From a virus: DNA of 64,000 nucleotides. The stretch lies in IMG/VR virus record IMGVR_UViG_3300042868_011386, positions 25,458-89,457 of that record. One strand, given 5' to 3'. Each line of letters begins with the position of its first letter. The stretch's first letter is position 1. The notes below the pieces were generated by a model. It saw only the letters and a list, made by a program, of their open reading frames with translations, had not been told where the DNA came from and made no database searches. A program made the translations under genes and the position numbers. Positions 30,601 through 40,821 of the stretch are shown here, piece by piece.

Positions 30601-33428
30601 TTATTGGTCATGGTGTTGGAGACGTATTTGATCCAGCCTATAGTTGCTCAGTAGATAAATCTGCTGGATTACTTAGACCACGATATAATACACATAATAT
30701 TGACCTTGCAATTGATAGTGAACAAACAACAATAACAGACAGTCAATCAAAACTCGTTGATGACAACAAGATACGAGTGCATGACAGTATTATTACGTTA
30801 AACTATGAAGAGGTTGAACTTGTATCGCACCTAAAAGCAACGGCTCATATTAGTGTACACCCTCATGTCTATGCAAAAATTAATGGACATATACGTCTAT
30901 CACCTGCTGCAGACAACTGGAAAGACACCGTTACTCGACCAGATCTTATTGTAACTGATGATAGTTCATTTGATGCAATTAAGTTTATTGCAGAAGATCC
31001 AGCGCTCGATATCCTTGGCACAGACTGGAACAACTGGGAACGCGAGTGGGGCAGTTCTACAACAACCAGTACTCGTGGTGCATTTGTACGCGGACGTGGT
31101 ATACCTACAACTACAACTACTGTACGAAATTACACCGAGTCTCGTACAGGTACAAACACTACTCTCGGATTCTCTTATGTACCAAAGAGTCTAGGAACAA
31201 ATGTTGTCGACACTGCAATTATACCATTTATTCGCTCACGAATTGTATATTTCCATGCCACTGGTTTAAAGGCTACTACACAAGTCTATCCATTTTTTGA
31301 AGATAAAAATATATCGGCATACACAAATCAGGTAATTGGTAATGACAGCACCAAATTTATTGTGCCATCAACAGTAAATGATAATACCACTCGTGTATTT
31401 AATAACTTGTTGTCAACAGATTTGCCCACTCCAGGGAGTGGATATACTCCTTATGGTTCAGCGCTTACAACTGACTCTGGTGGAGAACTCTATGGTTCAT
31501 TTATTATACCAAATAACAGTTCAATGCGTTTTCGCACTGGTGATCGCATCTTCAAATTAACTGACGATCCACGAAACGCATCATCGGAAACAACCTATGC
31601 GTTTTCAAAATATACTGCGAGTGGCATACTTGAAACTATACAAGAAACTATACTTTCAACTAAAACACCTCAATTTACAGTAACTCCTATTGAACAATCT
31701 CGTGCTGGAAGTGTTACGACAACAAGTACTGCATATCATGATCCACTTGCACAGTCATTTGTAATTAGTACAGACGACTATCCAACTGGCGTGTTTATTA
31801 CTTCAATTGATATTTATTTTGCTCAAAAAGCACTTTTCCAACCAGTTGAAATCTATATTGTGACTATGGAAAATGGTGCACCAACACGGACAGTCGTTCC
31901 ATATTCGCGAGTTTTCCGTCGCCCAGACCAAGTAGCAGTTAGTGATAATGGTTCACTTCCGACAAATTTTAAATTTAGTGACCCGGTTTTCTTAAAGAGT
32001 GACGAAGAATATTCTGTAGTTGTATCTTCAAATGATGGCGATTATCGTTGCTGGTATGCAATACTTGGAGAAAATGATATACTTTCAGGCAAACGTATAG
32101 AAAAACAAGAGTATCTTGGAACATTTTTTACAAGTGCTAATGCCTATACATGGACGCCTCAACAAGAACAGGACCTTAAATTTAAAATTAATCGTGCTCG
32201 CTTTTTTAATCCAGCAAACACTTCGTCGGCTTCAGGAAATATCGGGTTTAGAACAGAACTACATAACGGTGTAGATAATATAATAATAAACAATCCTGGA
32301 GCTGGTTATGGCTTGCCACCAACTATATCATTTATACCTGATAGAGGCACACGAGCTGAAGCAATATTAGATCCGCTTACTGGCAGTATTTCAAAAGTAA
32401 TAATACGCAATCGTGGATCTGGTTATAATATTGCACCTACTGTAGTAGTTACTCCAGCAACTGGTGATCCTATTGGGTCGCCAACAACTATAGCTACTCT
32501 TATTGCTAAACTTGCTGAAGTTCCAGTGTCTATGTTTAATTTGCGTCAACCAAAACTAACATTTAATGGCACGGCAATAGATTATAGCATACAGTTTAGA
32601 TCTGAGGCGCCTGAAAGATTTGAATCTGCAACAAATAACTATTTGCCAAGTAGTTATGATAACTTAAGTTCACATATATTGTCTCCTATTCAACAGGAAC
32701 TTCAATTTGGACCAAGAGCGCTGATAAATGCAAATCTAATTACAATTGATCCAGCAATATCTCCAATAATTGACGTTGATGGTTCATCACTGCTCACGGT
32801 TACAAACCTTATAAATGATGATAGTACAGATGAAGCATACACTCTCTATCAAAGTGGAACTGCAACTGCAGGAAGCGTTAATACTTTAACTGACAGCACA
32901 AAATCTTGGGTCGTCAATTCATGGGTAGGAAAAAGATTAAAAATTACAAGTGGTACCTATATTGGAACAGAATATCAAATTACTGCTAATACCGCTACTC
33001 AAATTACATTCAATCCTAGTACCGGGGGAGCGGGGATTATTTCTACTGACACATATCAAATAATTAATCCAGCTAATGCTGGTAAGGCTATTGCTCGATA
33101 TATTACGCGCAAAGTTACACTTAATAACGGCGCAGACTGGTTAAATGTTTTTATATCGACAAATCGCCCAACTGAACAAACTAATATCAAGGTCTATGTA
33201 AAACTTGGATTTGATACAGCTACAACAGACGATTTAATTGAGTGGCAGGAATTAACACCAAAAAATCCAGTTGCTATTAGCAGCGATCCTAATAAATATA
33301 GTGAAAGTGAATATAAGATTGATCCGCAAGATGATTTTATTTCTTTCCAGGTAAAAGTTGTACTTTTATCAAATAATATTTTTGATATTCCAACAGTTCG
33401 CGATTTTAGAGCAATCGCAACAATATAA
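27648..33428 (+). CDS. Large baseplate/structural protein (VrlC/DUF4815-like)
   Basis: Y.DD......Y.RVLFKPG..VQ.RELNQLQS.LQ.Q, APGADRY, RT.EESG.Y, RRYTMRDIG..EKRI..IEYYTSLSLLE, DPLAQSF, ends D.RAIA. Confidence 0.82.
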   Translation: MSITSYNTTYHDDYISSGNSDKNYLRVLFKPGYSVQVRELNQLQSALQDQINRLGSSVWKADTAVVGGGTSFLPELHSLTVDLSTGVSNVAGSSLTYDQIAEIAKTITYVGTELRGEIIGYRKEEGTDYTFYFKYITSGAGGQTTFDGEIPNGFKLILRSSNSTLSESELPVINGLTYVNDGFASGLVCEEGVFYTKGSFVAVPRQTYFIDKAELDTPLTGYAVLKIDEEIISYFDDPSLLDNANGTPNYSAPGADRYTIDLTLNWISGEDYASSTNSYIKLLVINASRPVEIVETAEYAEIVDILAKRTSEESGNYTVNPFTIGTRETFDGDNLPADCIVVGRRYRIQDLGSTIAPLTDWVGLGATSPAVVGSEFVAIKPPGDGSGDTANVNGGRVSELAYIHGSYRADELDQIGYDLSTTIKKREAIENAREQYTVTLDPSVAYVDGYRVALDKSLNLTSKKAREQSEVRINTSANIGSYFIGNIQKANTTNSTFPSVSTINTLYNLYAYANGAPDNSTSGGVIIGTCRIRAFEPTGGGSTEFRCYVYDIVFNNPTTTPPDWANRRFDNIDQIVGSSFMFNVKASYALLESTSNTALFQLPYPRATAMREITLYAQRQFTGTTNGTIVLSVDGGRTFTDTSNVSLIVNGDIKVQGTHYNAALSSDALTLTLTPISNDWTTGQPYSVLVKIAVSNAGSIARVTKSRAIAEDLAITPASGGANKIYTLINTDIIRITEVKTTSGIIITDLFTLIDDGQRDAIYTNGRVQYTGASTISENFSIKYEYYSRLGGVTGRDLVMYNVDSYRQNNNSIGTAYDDIPSYKGLKLSDALDFRQDILYSVDGGIVGSIIANGNKSQIDPNTPVSSYTTFYLPRIDAVTVNSNNEFTIINGLSSLTPVEPTVPKNAMTLYTLNVPAYTQNVSDIVKVYIDNRRYTMRDIGAIEKRISNIEYYTSLSLLERSAADKSIFDDAGERFKNGILVDNFIGHGVGDVFDPAYSCSVDKSAGLLRPRYNTHNIDLAIDSEQTTITDSQSKLVDDNKIRVHDSIITLNYEEVELVSHLKATAHISVHPHVYAKINGHIRLSPAADNWKDTVTRPDLIVTDDSSFDAIKFIAEDPALDILGTDWNNWEREWGSSTTTSTRGAFVRGRGIPTTTTTVRNYTESRTGTNTTLGFSYVPKSLGTNVVDTAIIPFIRSRIVYFHATGLKATTQVYPFFEDKNISAYTNQVIGNDSTKFIVPSTVNDNTTRVFNNLLSTDLPTPGSGYTPYGSALTTDSGGELYGSFIIPNNSSMRFRTGDRIFKLTDDPRNASSETTYAFSKYTASGILETIQETILSTKTPQFTVTPIEQSRAGSVTTTSTAYHDPLAQSFVISTDDYPTGVFITSIDIYFAQKALFQPVEIYIVTMENGAPTRTVVPYSRVFRRPDQVAVSDNGSLPTNFKFSDPVFLKSDEEYSVVVSSNDGDYRCWYAILGENDILSGKRIEKQEYLGTFFTSANAYTWTPQQEQDLKFKINRARFFNPANTSSASGNIGFRTELHNGVDNIIINNPGAGYGLPPTISFIPDRGTRAEAILDPLTGSISKVIIRNRGSGYNIAPTVVVTPATGDPIGSPTTIATLIAKLAEVPVSMFNLRQPKLTFNGTAIDYSIQFRSEAPERFESATNNYLPSSYDNLSSHILSPIQQELQFGPRALINANLITIDPAISPIIDVDGSSLLTVTNLINDDSTDEAYTLYQSGTATAGSVNTLTDSTKSWVVNSWVGKRLKITSGTYIGTEYQITANTATQITFNPSTGGAGIISTDTYQIINPANAGKAIARYITRKVTLNNGADWLNVFISTNRPTEQTNIKVYVKLGFDTATTDDLIEWQELTPKNPVAISSDPNKYSESEYKIDPQDDFISFQVKVVLLSNNIFDIPTVRDFRAIATI

Positions 33429-33432
33429 AGTT

Positions 33433-33663
33433 ATGGCAACTCCTAAAAAAATAAAAGTAGAAGACGCCCCTTCACTGGAGCGTGATTCTTTTTCGAATGC
33501 AATTTTAAATTCTGATACTGCAGCATATAATGCAGTCATCAATCGTAAAAAACGTATGCGCAACCAAGAACGGTTAATTGCCGAACTACATAAAAAGGTT
33601 GAAGAGTTATTACAATGGAAAAGCGAAATAACCGCAATGTTACAAAAAAAAGAGAATAAATAA
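33433..33663 (+). CDS. Small coiled-coil protein following the VrlC-like gene
   Basis: KVE....L.RD..SNAI.N.D...Y followed by a coiled coil; ATG at 33433. Confidence 0.65.
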   Translation: MATPKKIKVEDAPSLERDSFSNAILNSDTAAYNAVINRKKRMRNQERLIAELHKKVEELLQWKSEITAMLQKKENK

Positions 33664-33668
33664 AGATA

Positions 33669-36600
33669 ATGGATTCAATTCAATTTTCAGAGTTTTCTAC
33701 AAATGGTGTTATTAATAGTGACACTTTTGATATTTGGCGTAAAAAAACAAATGGTATTGTACAAGAAGTCGACAATATAAAGGACAGTATATCTCCATTG
33801 TTTTATACTACAGGCCAAAACTCTTCTGCGTTATTGCGAGCGGTTACTATAGACACTCAACAAACAATAACTGGTGCAAAAACTTTTTCTGGCGGCACTG
33901 CGGTTTCTCCAATATTAAAAATTGATGCTGCTGGTGTTTATTATGAAGAGGGCACATTGGTTTCTACCGTTCCTTTAAAAAGTGATAAAATAATAATTGG
34001 CTCTCAACTACAACTGGGCGCGCACCAATACTCAATACCAGTAAACAACCCAACTGAATCTTCTCTCTTAAGAAAAGAAGGAAACTCTTTGGCATGGACG
34101 TCACTTAGTGGTATTATTGCTCAAATACAAAGTGAAGGAGCAGTAAACGTAAGTACCACGAATATTGTTGTTCCGGTAGGTTCAGTAATTACTGTTACGG
34201 CAGCTAGCGCAATTCCTTCAGGTTGGCTTCGCGGCAGCAGCGGCCGTTTTCGTGGAGGAGACTATCCAGAATTGGCGCAAGCAGTGCTTAACCAATATGG
34301 ACCAGTTTACACTACCCAAACAGGTAATAGTTTAGCACCTAGTCAGACAACGTATAATGCGGATTGGTGGTATACTAATCACCCGAACGCAAATCAAATT
34401 ATAAAGGCAACTCCCGATTCTGTAGTCAACACATTCATCGATCGTGGAAATGTATTTGAACTTATTAAAGGAGTAGAGTCTTTACAAAGTTTATCACTTA
34501 CAAGTGGCGGCGCCACAACATTAAACTTAAGACATGACAATACGCTACGCATAAATTCAGAACGCCAGTTGGGTCTCGCTCCACTCTCTATTGGCAGCAA
34601 TAATATATTGCCAGACTCCATTGATCCAAGTAAACTTAGTTTGGGTGGACCAAGTTGGGACTCGGGTACAGAAGTCTTATATGAAGGTAGAGATCCTAAC
34701 TCGCGTCGTCGAATAGCAACACGTGAGTATGTCGATTCAAAGATATTTAAAACTGGTCCAGCAGCAAAACTAGTTAGCCGTCCATCAAGTGGTCCAGACA
34801 CCTCTGCCCCAGGATTTGGAGAATTTTGTTATATAAATCATGACGGTATTCCAATCATAACTGGCGAAAATAGAAACAACCGATTTGGATTTGCTAACAA
34901 ATTCTCGCATTGCGAAATGCCTCTTCCTGATAATCGTCGTGCAGTTGAACTTTATGTGTCATATGATAATATGTGCGCCCTCGATAATGTTGGCGAATTA
35001 TGGGCAATAGGAAACATAAGTTATAATTTATTTAATATTGTTCCATTTCCAGGAGGAACAACTGTATCACAATGGGCAAAGGCATATACACCTCTGTATG
35101 ATTATAGCCCAAATAATAAAATTCGTAAAGTTATAATGTCGGGCGATGTCTCGATTCTTAATGTTGCTGTAATTGATACATCAAATCGTCTATGGATAGC
35201 TGGTTATAATCAACACGGGGTACTTGGCCGTGGAAACTCTGGAACGACTACAACAAGTACTGCAACTAAAACGGGGGGTGAAGAGACTCCAGTGTTAGAA
35301 AATGTACTTGATGCATTCTTAGTTGGAAGTTTAGGTTCAGCTGATTATGCAACATGTATTGCACTAACACCTTCTGGAATACACATGTCTGGCTATGGAG
35401 GTCAAGGACAAAATGGAAGTGGAAATAATACTTCTATTAACAATACCTTTAATACAATAAATCTACCAAACATTGAAAATTATTCTGGTTGTAGTATATA
35501 TGGCTCTGGGGAAAATCAATATACGTCTATATTTGTAAAAACACCAGACAGTCTCTTATATGGTTGGGGATATAATGGAAATAATATATTTGGTGATGGG
35601 TCTGGCTCAAACAAAAATATCCCGACTGTAATTTTTAATAATCCAGATATAAACATTGATTCGTTGTACACAACTACACATATTGGCGGTGAAGGCGCTC
35701 TATATTTTTCTGGTCAAAGAAATAATGCAACTGCACAACGCGGAACAACTATAGAAAGTACAATTGCAGGACATCTATTAGGAACATCAATAAGTTCAAA
35801 TGATTCTGGTAATATAATTGCTGTAGGCTCTCCGGGAGCTGGCGGACGAGTGCAATGTCATACTTATAATGGAAACTCATGGTCAACATATGGTTCTGTC
35901 ATAACTACTTCAGAAACTAATGCACTTTTTGGACAATCGGTAAGTTTAAATTCTGCTGGTGATCGTCTTTGCATTGGCGCCCCAGATGGTCAACTAGTTG
36001 GCTCTTCACGGTTTGGACAAATGCGTATATATGATTATTCGGGTGCAAGTTGGGTTCAACGTAATTTGTCATTTAATGGCGAATTAGCAAATTCTAAATT
36101 GGGTTCTTCAGTTGCTCTATCTGGTGATGGCAACGTAGTAGTAGTTGGTGCTCCCGGATATAATGGTAATATTGGTCGCGTCTATATTAGACGAATAACA
36201 GCTGCTGGTACAGATCCGGTTGGTGACAATATAACTGGTACTGCAACAAATCAACAATGTGGTATAAAAGTCGCGATCAATACTTCAGGAACAATAATAG
36301 CAGTTGCATCAAATGGAGTCTCTAATGCAGGAGTTGTAAGAGTTTATAGTCTAAATAATAATAATTGGACACAACTTGGTGGAGACATTACTGGGAGAGC
36401 TGCGTCTGATGGCGCAATTAACATATCATTAGATGGTGCAGGCACACTGCTGGCAATTGGTGCGCCAGGTTCAGACGTCGCAGGATCTAATAGCGGAACC
36501 ACTAGAGTGTATAACTATAATTCTTCGACTACTTCATGGGTTCAATTAGGCACAGACATACATGGTCTGTCTGTAAATGAAGCAAGTGGAACTGCTGTAG

Positions 36601-37328
36601 CATTTTCTCGTGACGGGTCAGTCTTAGCAATTGGCGCACCAAATGGAGATGCGTATGGTCAAACAGACAGCGGAACAGTTCGTCTACTTAGATATGATGA
36701 TTTAAGATGGAAACTATTAACCGGAACTCTAGCAGGAGAAACGGCTAGTGAAAAGTTTGGCGGAGCGATTGCCCTTTCATCAACTGGATCAAACGTTTTA
36801 GCTGCAGCCCCTTCATGGAACTCTAATCGTGGTCGTGTACGCTCAATTGGCTTTGTCAGTGCCCCAATAATTTCTTATGAAATATGGTGTGCTGGTAAAA
36901 ATACTGGAAATAAATTTTCGCTTACTGGCGACACTCCAACATGGAGACAAATGGGACCCCTGCCGTCTGGCTATCAAATCAAAGAATTTTGGCCTGGTAA
37001 CGGGTATTATTCAAATAACGTTAACTTTGTAAAAGCATATCGTCCTGCAGATGACATGTATTATTTATTTGCTGTTGGATCGAATACCAAATATGAGTCA
37101 GGCTATGGCACCAAAACCGTTTTAAATACGTGGACACGCTTAAACTTGCAGTCACACATAGTTGATAATATAATTGATATACAGTCGGTAAGTCCATATG
37201 GCGGTGAAGACTATACTATTTTACATATAAATGACGGCACTCTCTATTTTGCTGGTTATAACGGCTATATGATTGATCCAAATTTACCAGTTAATAATGA
37301 AAGAACAGACTTTACACGTATAAAATAA
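33669..37328 (+). CDS. Fibre/adhesin: baseplate-anchor N-terminus, collar-like segment, RCC1-like and FG-GAP propeller repeats
   Basis: DTFD.WR.KTN; VPVGSV......IPSGWL; LW..GYN..G.LG; repeated G.SV.L...G..LA.GAP. Confidence 0.7.
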   Translation: MDSIQFSEFSTNGVINSDTFDIWRKKTNGIVQEVDNIKDSISPLFYTTGQNSSALLRAVTIDTQQTITGAKTFSGGTAVSPILKIDAAGVYYEEGTLVSTVPLKSDKIIIGSQLQLGAHQYSIPVNNPTESSLLRKEGNSLAWTSLSGIIAQIQSEGAVNVSTTNIVVPVGSVITVTAASAIPSGWLRGSSGRFRGGDYPELAQAVLNQYGPVYTTQTGNSLAPSQTTYNADWWYTNHPNANQIIKATPDSVVNTFIDRGNVFELIKGVESLQSLSLTSGGATTLNLRHDNTLRINSERQLGLAPLSIGSNNILPDSIDPSKLSLGGPSWDSGTEVLYEGRDPNSRRRIATREYVDSKIFKTGPAAKLVSRPSSGPDTSAPGFGEFCYINHDGIPIITGENRNNRFGFANKFSHCEMPLPDNRRAVELYVSYDNMCALDNVGELWAIGNISYNLFNIVPFPGGTTVSQWAKAYTPLYDYSPNNKIRKVIMSGDVSILNVAVIDTSNRLWIAGYNQHGVLGRGNSGTTTTSTATKTGGEETPVLENVLDAFLVGSLGSADYATCIALTPSGIHMSGYGGQGQNGSGNNTSINNTFNTINLPNIENYSGCSIYGSGENQYTSIFVKTPDSLLYGWGYNGNNIFGDGSGSNKNIPTVIFNNPDINIDSLYTTTHIGGEGALYFSGQRNNATAQRGTTIESTIAGHLLGTSISSNDSGNIIAVGSPGAGGRVQCHTYNGNSWSTYGSVITTSETNALFGQSVSLNSAGDRLCIGAPDGQLVGSSRFGQMRIYDYSGASWVQRNLSFNGELANSKLGSSVALSGDGNVVVVGAPGYNGNIGRVYIRRITAAGTDPVGDNITGTATNQQCGIKVAINTSGTIIAVASNGVSNAGVVRVYSLNNNNWTQLGGDITGRAASDGAINISLDGAGTLLAIGAPGSDVAGSNSGTTRVYNYNSSTTSWVQLGTDIHGLSVNEASGTAVAFSRDGSVLAIGAPNGDAYGQTDSGTVRLLRYDDLRWKLLTGTLAGETASEKFGGAIALSSTGSNVLAAAPSWNSNRGRVRSIGFVSAPIISYEIWCAGKNTGNKFSLTGDTPTWRQMGPLPSGYQIKEFWPGNGYYSNNVNFVKAYRPADDMYYLFAVGSNTKYESGYGTKTVLNTWTRLNLQSHIVDNIIDIQSVSPYGGEDYTILHINDGTLYFAGYNGYMIDPNLPVNNERTDFTRIK

Positions 37329-37329
37329 T

Positions 37330-39186
37330 ATGTCAGAATATAAAAAAATAATTTTAAAAAATAGTCCAGTTGCTGGAGCTGTTCCGCTTGAACAATTTTT
37401 AGATCATGGCGAGCTTGCATTAAACTATGCAGACAATAAAATCTATTACAAGACTCTCAATGGAAGTATTGTAGTTCATGAAACTCCTAATATTGACACA
37501 TATCAAAGTCAAAATTCAATTGTTCGTCGTAACCTAGATGGTTCTGGTAGTTTTAATGGAGTCATTAGTGAAAGTACAGATTCTGATATTTATAGCATCT
37601 ATGCTAAACACGATTCTGCTGTAACTGCAAAAATTATTAACACCAGCGTATGTACTGCAGCTGAAATTTCTTCTAACAACGGGGTTGGCGCAGAGATAAG
37701 CAGCACATCTGGTGTCGGCGCAAAAATAAGCAGTGCATCTGGGACCGGTGCTTTGATACTTAGTACATCTGGTGTTGGCGCGCAAATAAGCAGCACATCT
37801 GGGGTTGGCGCGCAAATAGGCAGCACATCTGGTGTCGGCGCGCAAATATCCTCTACAGGTACTACAGAAGATTCAACTGGGTTGTATGTAAGTGCTGATG
37901 ACGGTGTCGCTTTGCAAACTGTGAGTCAAGAAAATTTAGGTGCAGAAATAAGTAGTACAAATGATACTGGCGCAGAAATTTACACTTTAAACGGAGATTA
38001 TCATTTAATACTTGGACGAGCTGATAGTGCTCAACAGCTCATAGGAATTTCACGTCCCAACGCATCGGTTGATTGGCTTAAAAATAATGATAGAATTGGT
38101 AGTTTAAGAACTACAAGTACTATTTCAGCAAATTGCAATTGGACACTACCAGATCGTTCAGGCACAATATTATTAGATTCAAGTATACGCAGCGGAAAAA
38201 CAATCTATGTTGATGCTGGTGTCGGTACAGACACTCGTAATGGATTTACGGCATATTCATACACGCCGTTTGCAACCATAAGCGCTGCTGTAGCAGCCTC
38301 ATCACCAGGTGATTTGGTTTATGTTCGCGCTGGGTCTTATGTAATATCCGCTCAAATTAACTTAAATCTTAAAGGTCACCTATATTTTGAACCTGGAGCA
38401 ACCGTTAATATCGCAACAGGTGTTGTAGCGTTTTCATATAGTCAAAATTCTGTTCCAATTAATATTAGAGGAGCTGCAGATTTCATATTAGCTGCGGGTG
38501 CAACAGGTGTATTAACAATGAGTGGTAATAGTACAACAGTTGTTAATTTTGAGTGTAGTTCTATCGTTAATCCAACAAATAATTCTACTGGTACACTCTT
38601 TAATTGTGCGTCAGGTGTGTTGGGTGTTGATGTAAGATTAATACAAGCGGTAGCTGCTACTGTGTTTAATATCACTGGTACTGGAGTTGTCACATCAAGA
38701 ATTCCATATGTATATTGTGGAAGATTTGTTAATGGTTCTGGTACAGCTTTTCCAGGTGCTGCTGCTCGTGCTCAGATAAATGCTGACATTTGGACTTTGG
38801 TAACATATAACACAGGATCTGGTATGGATCTAAGGTTAATTACTACTAGCTTTAGAATAGTTAATTATAATCATGTTGGTGTAGGTGCTGCATTAAGTTG
38901 GACAGAAAATACCACATCTGAAAGTCATGCTTTCCGAGGAATTACTTGGAATAGTTTGGCTGGTCAACCGAATATAACATTTGCTTCTACCAATGGTTCA
39001 ACAACTAATAAAATTATTAGATTAGACCAAACAAATATAATGCGTGCGGCAACGACAAACAGTTTAAGCTCTAATGTGCCTATAAATGTAGGAACATATG
39101 GTACATTTGCATCAGCGCCAGCAACTTCAAACGTTACATTTAAGATTGGTTCATTCACAGTAGATGCAGACGTAAACACCTATTAA
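37330..39186 (+). CDS. Fibre/spike protein with probable beta-helix
   Basis: IILK.S...G.VP......GELALNYAD.K.YYK N-terminus; TIYVDA..GTD...PFATI..A....GD.VYVRAG.Y beta-helix entry motif. Confidence 0.62.
   Translation: MSEYKKIILKNSPVAGAVPLEQFLDHGELALNYADNKIYYKTLNGSIVVHETPNIDTYQSQNSIVRRNLDGSGSFNGVISESTDSDIYSIYAKHDSAVTAKIINTSVCTAAEISSNNGVGAEISSTSGVGAKISSASGTGALILSTSGVGAQISSTSGVGAQIGSTSGVGAQISSTGTTEDSTGLYVSADDGVALQTVSQENLGAEISSTNDTGAEIYTLNGDYHLILGRADSAQQLIGISRPNASVDWLKNNDRIGSLRTTSTISANCNWTLPDRSGTILLDSSIRSGKTIYVDAGVGTDTRNGFTAYSYTPFATISAAVAASSPGDLVYVRAGSYVISAQINLNLKGHLYFEPGATVNIATGVVAFSYSQNSVPINIRGAADFILAAGATGVLTMSGNSTTVVNFECSSIVNPTNNSTGTLFNCASGVLGVDVRLIQAVAATVFNITGTGVVTSRIPYVYCGRFVNGSGTAFPGAAARAQINADIWTLVTYNTGSGMDLRLITTSFRIVNYNHVGVGAALSWTENTTSESHAFRGITWNSLAGQPNITFASTNGSTTNKIIRLDQTNIMRAATTNSLSSNVPINVGTYGTFASAPATSNVTFKIGSFTVDADVNTY
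37681..37860 (+). repeat. Six tandem 30-nt coding repeats (GVGAQISSTS)
   Basis: GVGAEISSTS GVGAKISSAS GTGALILSTS GVGAQISSTS GVGAQIGSTS GVGAQISSTG. Confidence 0.9.
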
Positions 39187-39196
39187 TTTTAAAAAT

Positions 39197-40438
39197 ATGA
39201 GTCAACAAACACTATACAACGATTTGGTAATTACTGGTGACCTAACAGTTTCTGGTACCACTACTACAATTAATACAAATAATCTAACTGTAGAAGATAA
39301 AAATATTATTATTGGTAATGTAGACACTCCATCAAATATTACTGGAGATGGTGGCGGACTTACGCTAAAAGCTGCTAGCGATAAAACTTTTAATTGGGTG
39401 TCAGGTGCTGATAGATGGACATCAAATGTTGGCGTTGAAGCTAGTGCGCTTGTACGTACTGGAGGCACAACTGCGCAATTTTTAAAGGCTGATGGCACTA
39501 CACAAGAATTAACTACTGGAAAAACGATTTATGTTGATGCAGTTGTAGGTACAGACATACGGACTGGGTTTAACGATTATGATATATCAAAACCGTTTGC
39601 AACTATTGGTGAAGCGGTGTCTGCTTCTGCAAGTGATGATACAGTTTATGTTCGCGCTGGATCTTATACAATATCTACACAAATTTCATTAAACGGCAAG
39701 GGTAATATATATTTTGAAACTGGAACAGACATTACGGTTGCTGGCACTACAGTTGCGTTTTCTCTTACTGCAAATGAAACTAAAACGGTTAATGGATTTG
39801 CTCAATTCGCGTTAAGTGATACAGCAAACATACTAACACAATCAAATGGAACTCTATTTTTAGAATATCAAAGCATTACAAGCACCTCAACAGACACACT
39901 ATTTAGAATATCTGGAGGCACATTAAATACAAGTTTTGCGAGTATTGTAGCGTCTACAACAGACGGATTTGTGTTGACAGGAAGTGGAACACTGGTAATT
40001 CGCCGTTCCCACACCGCGACATGTAAACAATTTTTAAACTGCAATACTAGTGGATCTGTTACTATGGACATATGGACTGTTGTAGGAGATTCTACAGATG
40101 CAACTATTCGCGTTGTTAATCATACTGGATTTTCGTATCGTGGAGTCAACTTAAACAGCAATTCATCTAGTCCGTGCATCGTTTTTGCATACACCGGTGG
40201 AACTGGCACTCCAGTCTTACGAAACTTAAGATTAACAGCAAGCGGAACTGGTATTTCTATTAATGCCGCTACTGCAACAAGAGATATATTCTTAGATCAA
40301 ATTAAAATAAATGCGGCTAACAGTCTATCAGCTACCGCACCTACAACCGTTTATTCTACCACAACATACAGCACTGTCGCGCCTGATGCTAATGTAACAG
40401 TAGACGGGCAATACAATATAATGTCTAAACTTTTCTAA
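39197..40438 (+). CDS. Fibre/spike protein, paralogous to the C-terminal part of 37330-39186
   Basis: GDLTVSGTTTTINT.NL.VEDKNI; shared GKTIYVDA.VGTD.R.GF...PFATI...VYVRAGSY.IS.QI.LN.KG..YFE.G. Confidence 0.62.
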   Translation: MSQQTLYNDLVITGDLTVSGTTTTINTNNLTVEDKNIIIGNVDTPSNITGDGGGLTLKAASDKTFNWVSGADRWTSNVGVEASALVRTGGTTAQFLKADGTTQELTTGKTIYVDAVVGTDIRTGFNDYDISKPFATIGEAVSASASDDTVYVRAGSYTISTQISLNGKGNIYFETGTDITVAGTTVAFSLTANETKTVNGFAQFALSDTANILTQSNGTLFLEYQSITSTSTDTLFRISGGTLNTSFASIVASTTDGFVLTGSGTLVIRRSHTATCKQFLNCNTSGSVTMDIWTVVGDSTDATIRVVNHTGFSYRGVNLNSNSSSPCIVFAYTGGTGTPVLRNLRLTASGTGISINAATATRDIFLDQIKINAANSLSATAPTTVYSTTTYSTVAPDANVTVDGQYNIMSKLF

Positions 40439-40442
40439 AACT

Positions 40443-40820
40443 ATGGCAACAGGACCACTAACAATAAATAACAATACAACGATAACTGGTGACTTAACAG
40501 TTGATGGTAATATTATTACGTCAATCGATTCGACTATAACAGGAAGCGGTAAAACTTTTAGCAATGCTGATTCTGGTAAAATATTTCATGTTTCTGGAAC
40601 AAACACACTAGTTCTTCCTACCTATGCATCTGCTGATACTGCATGGAGCATTGGCATTGTAAATGTAGGTGGAAATACACTTACAATTAATATTGCAACA
40701 GGTTCAGGAAATACAATTAATGATGCAGTCACAATAAGCAATACAGTAAAATATTCATCAATTTATATCTATAGATCAACAACAACAGGTAAATTTATTG
40801 CATTAGGCACGTTATATTAA
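40443..40820 (+). CDS. Small fibre-associated structural protein
   Basis: ITGDLTVDG motif, beta-rich, 125 aa, ends ALGTL. Confidence 0.5.
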   Translation: MATGPLTINNNTTITGDLTVDGNIITSIDSTITGSGKTFSNADSGKIFHVSGTNTLVLPTYASADTAWSIGIVNVGGNTLTINIATGSGNTINDAVTISNTVKYSSIYIYRSTTTGKFIALGTLY

Positions 40821-40821
40821 C

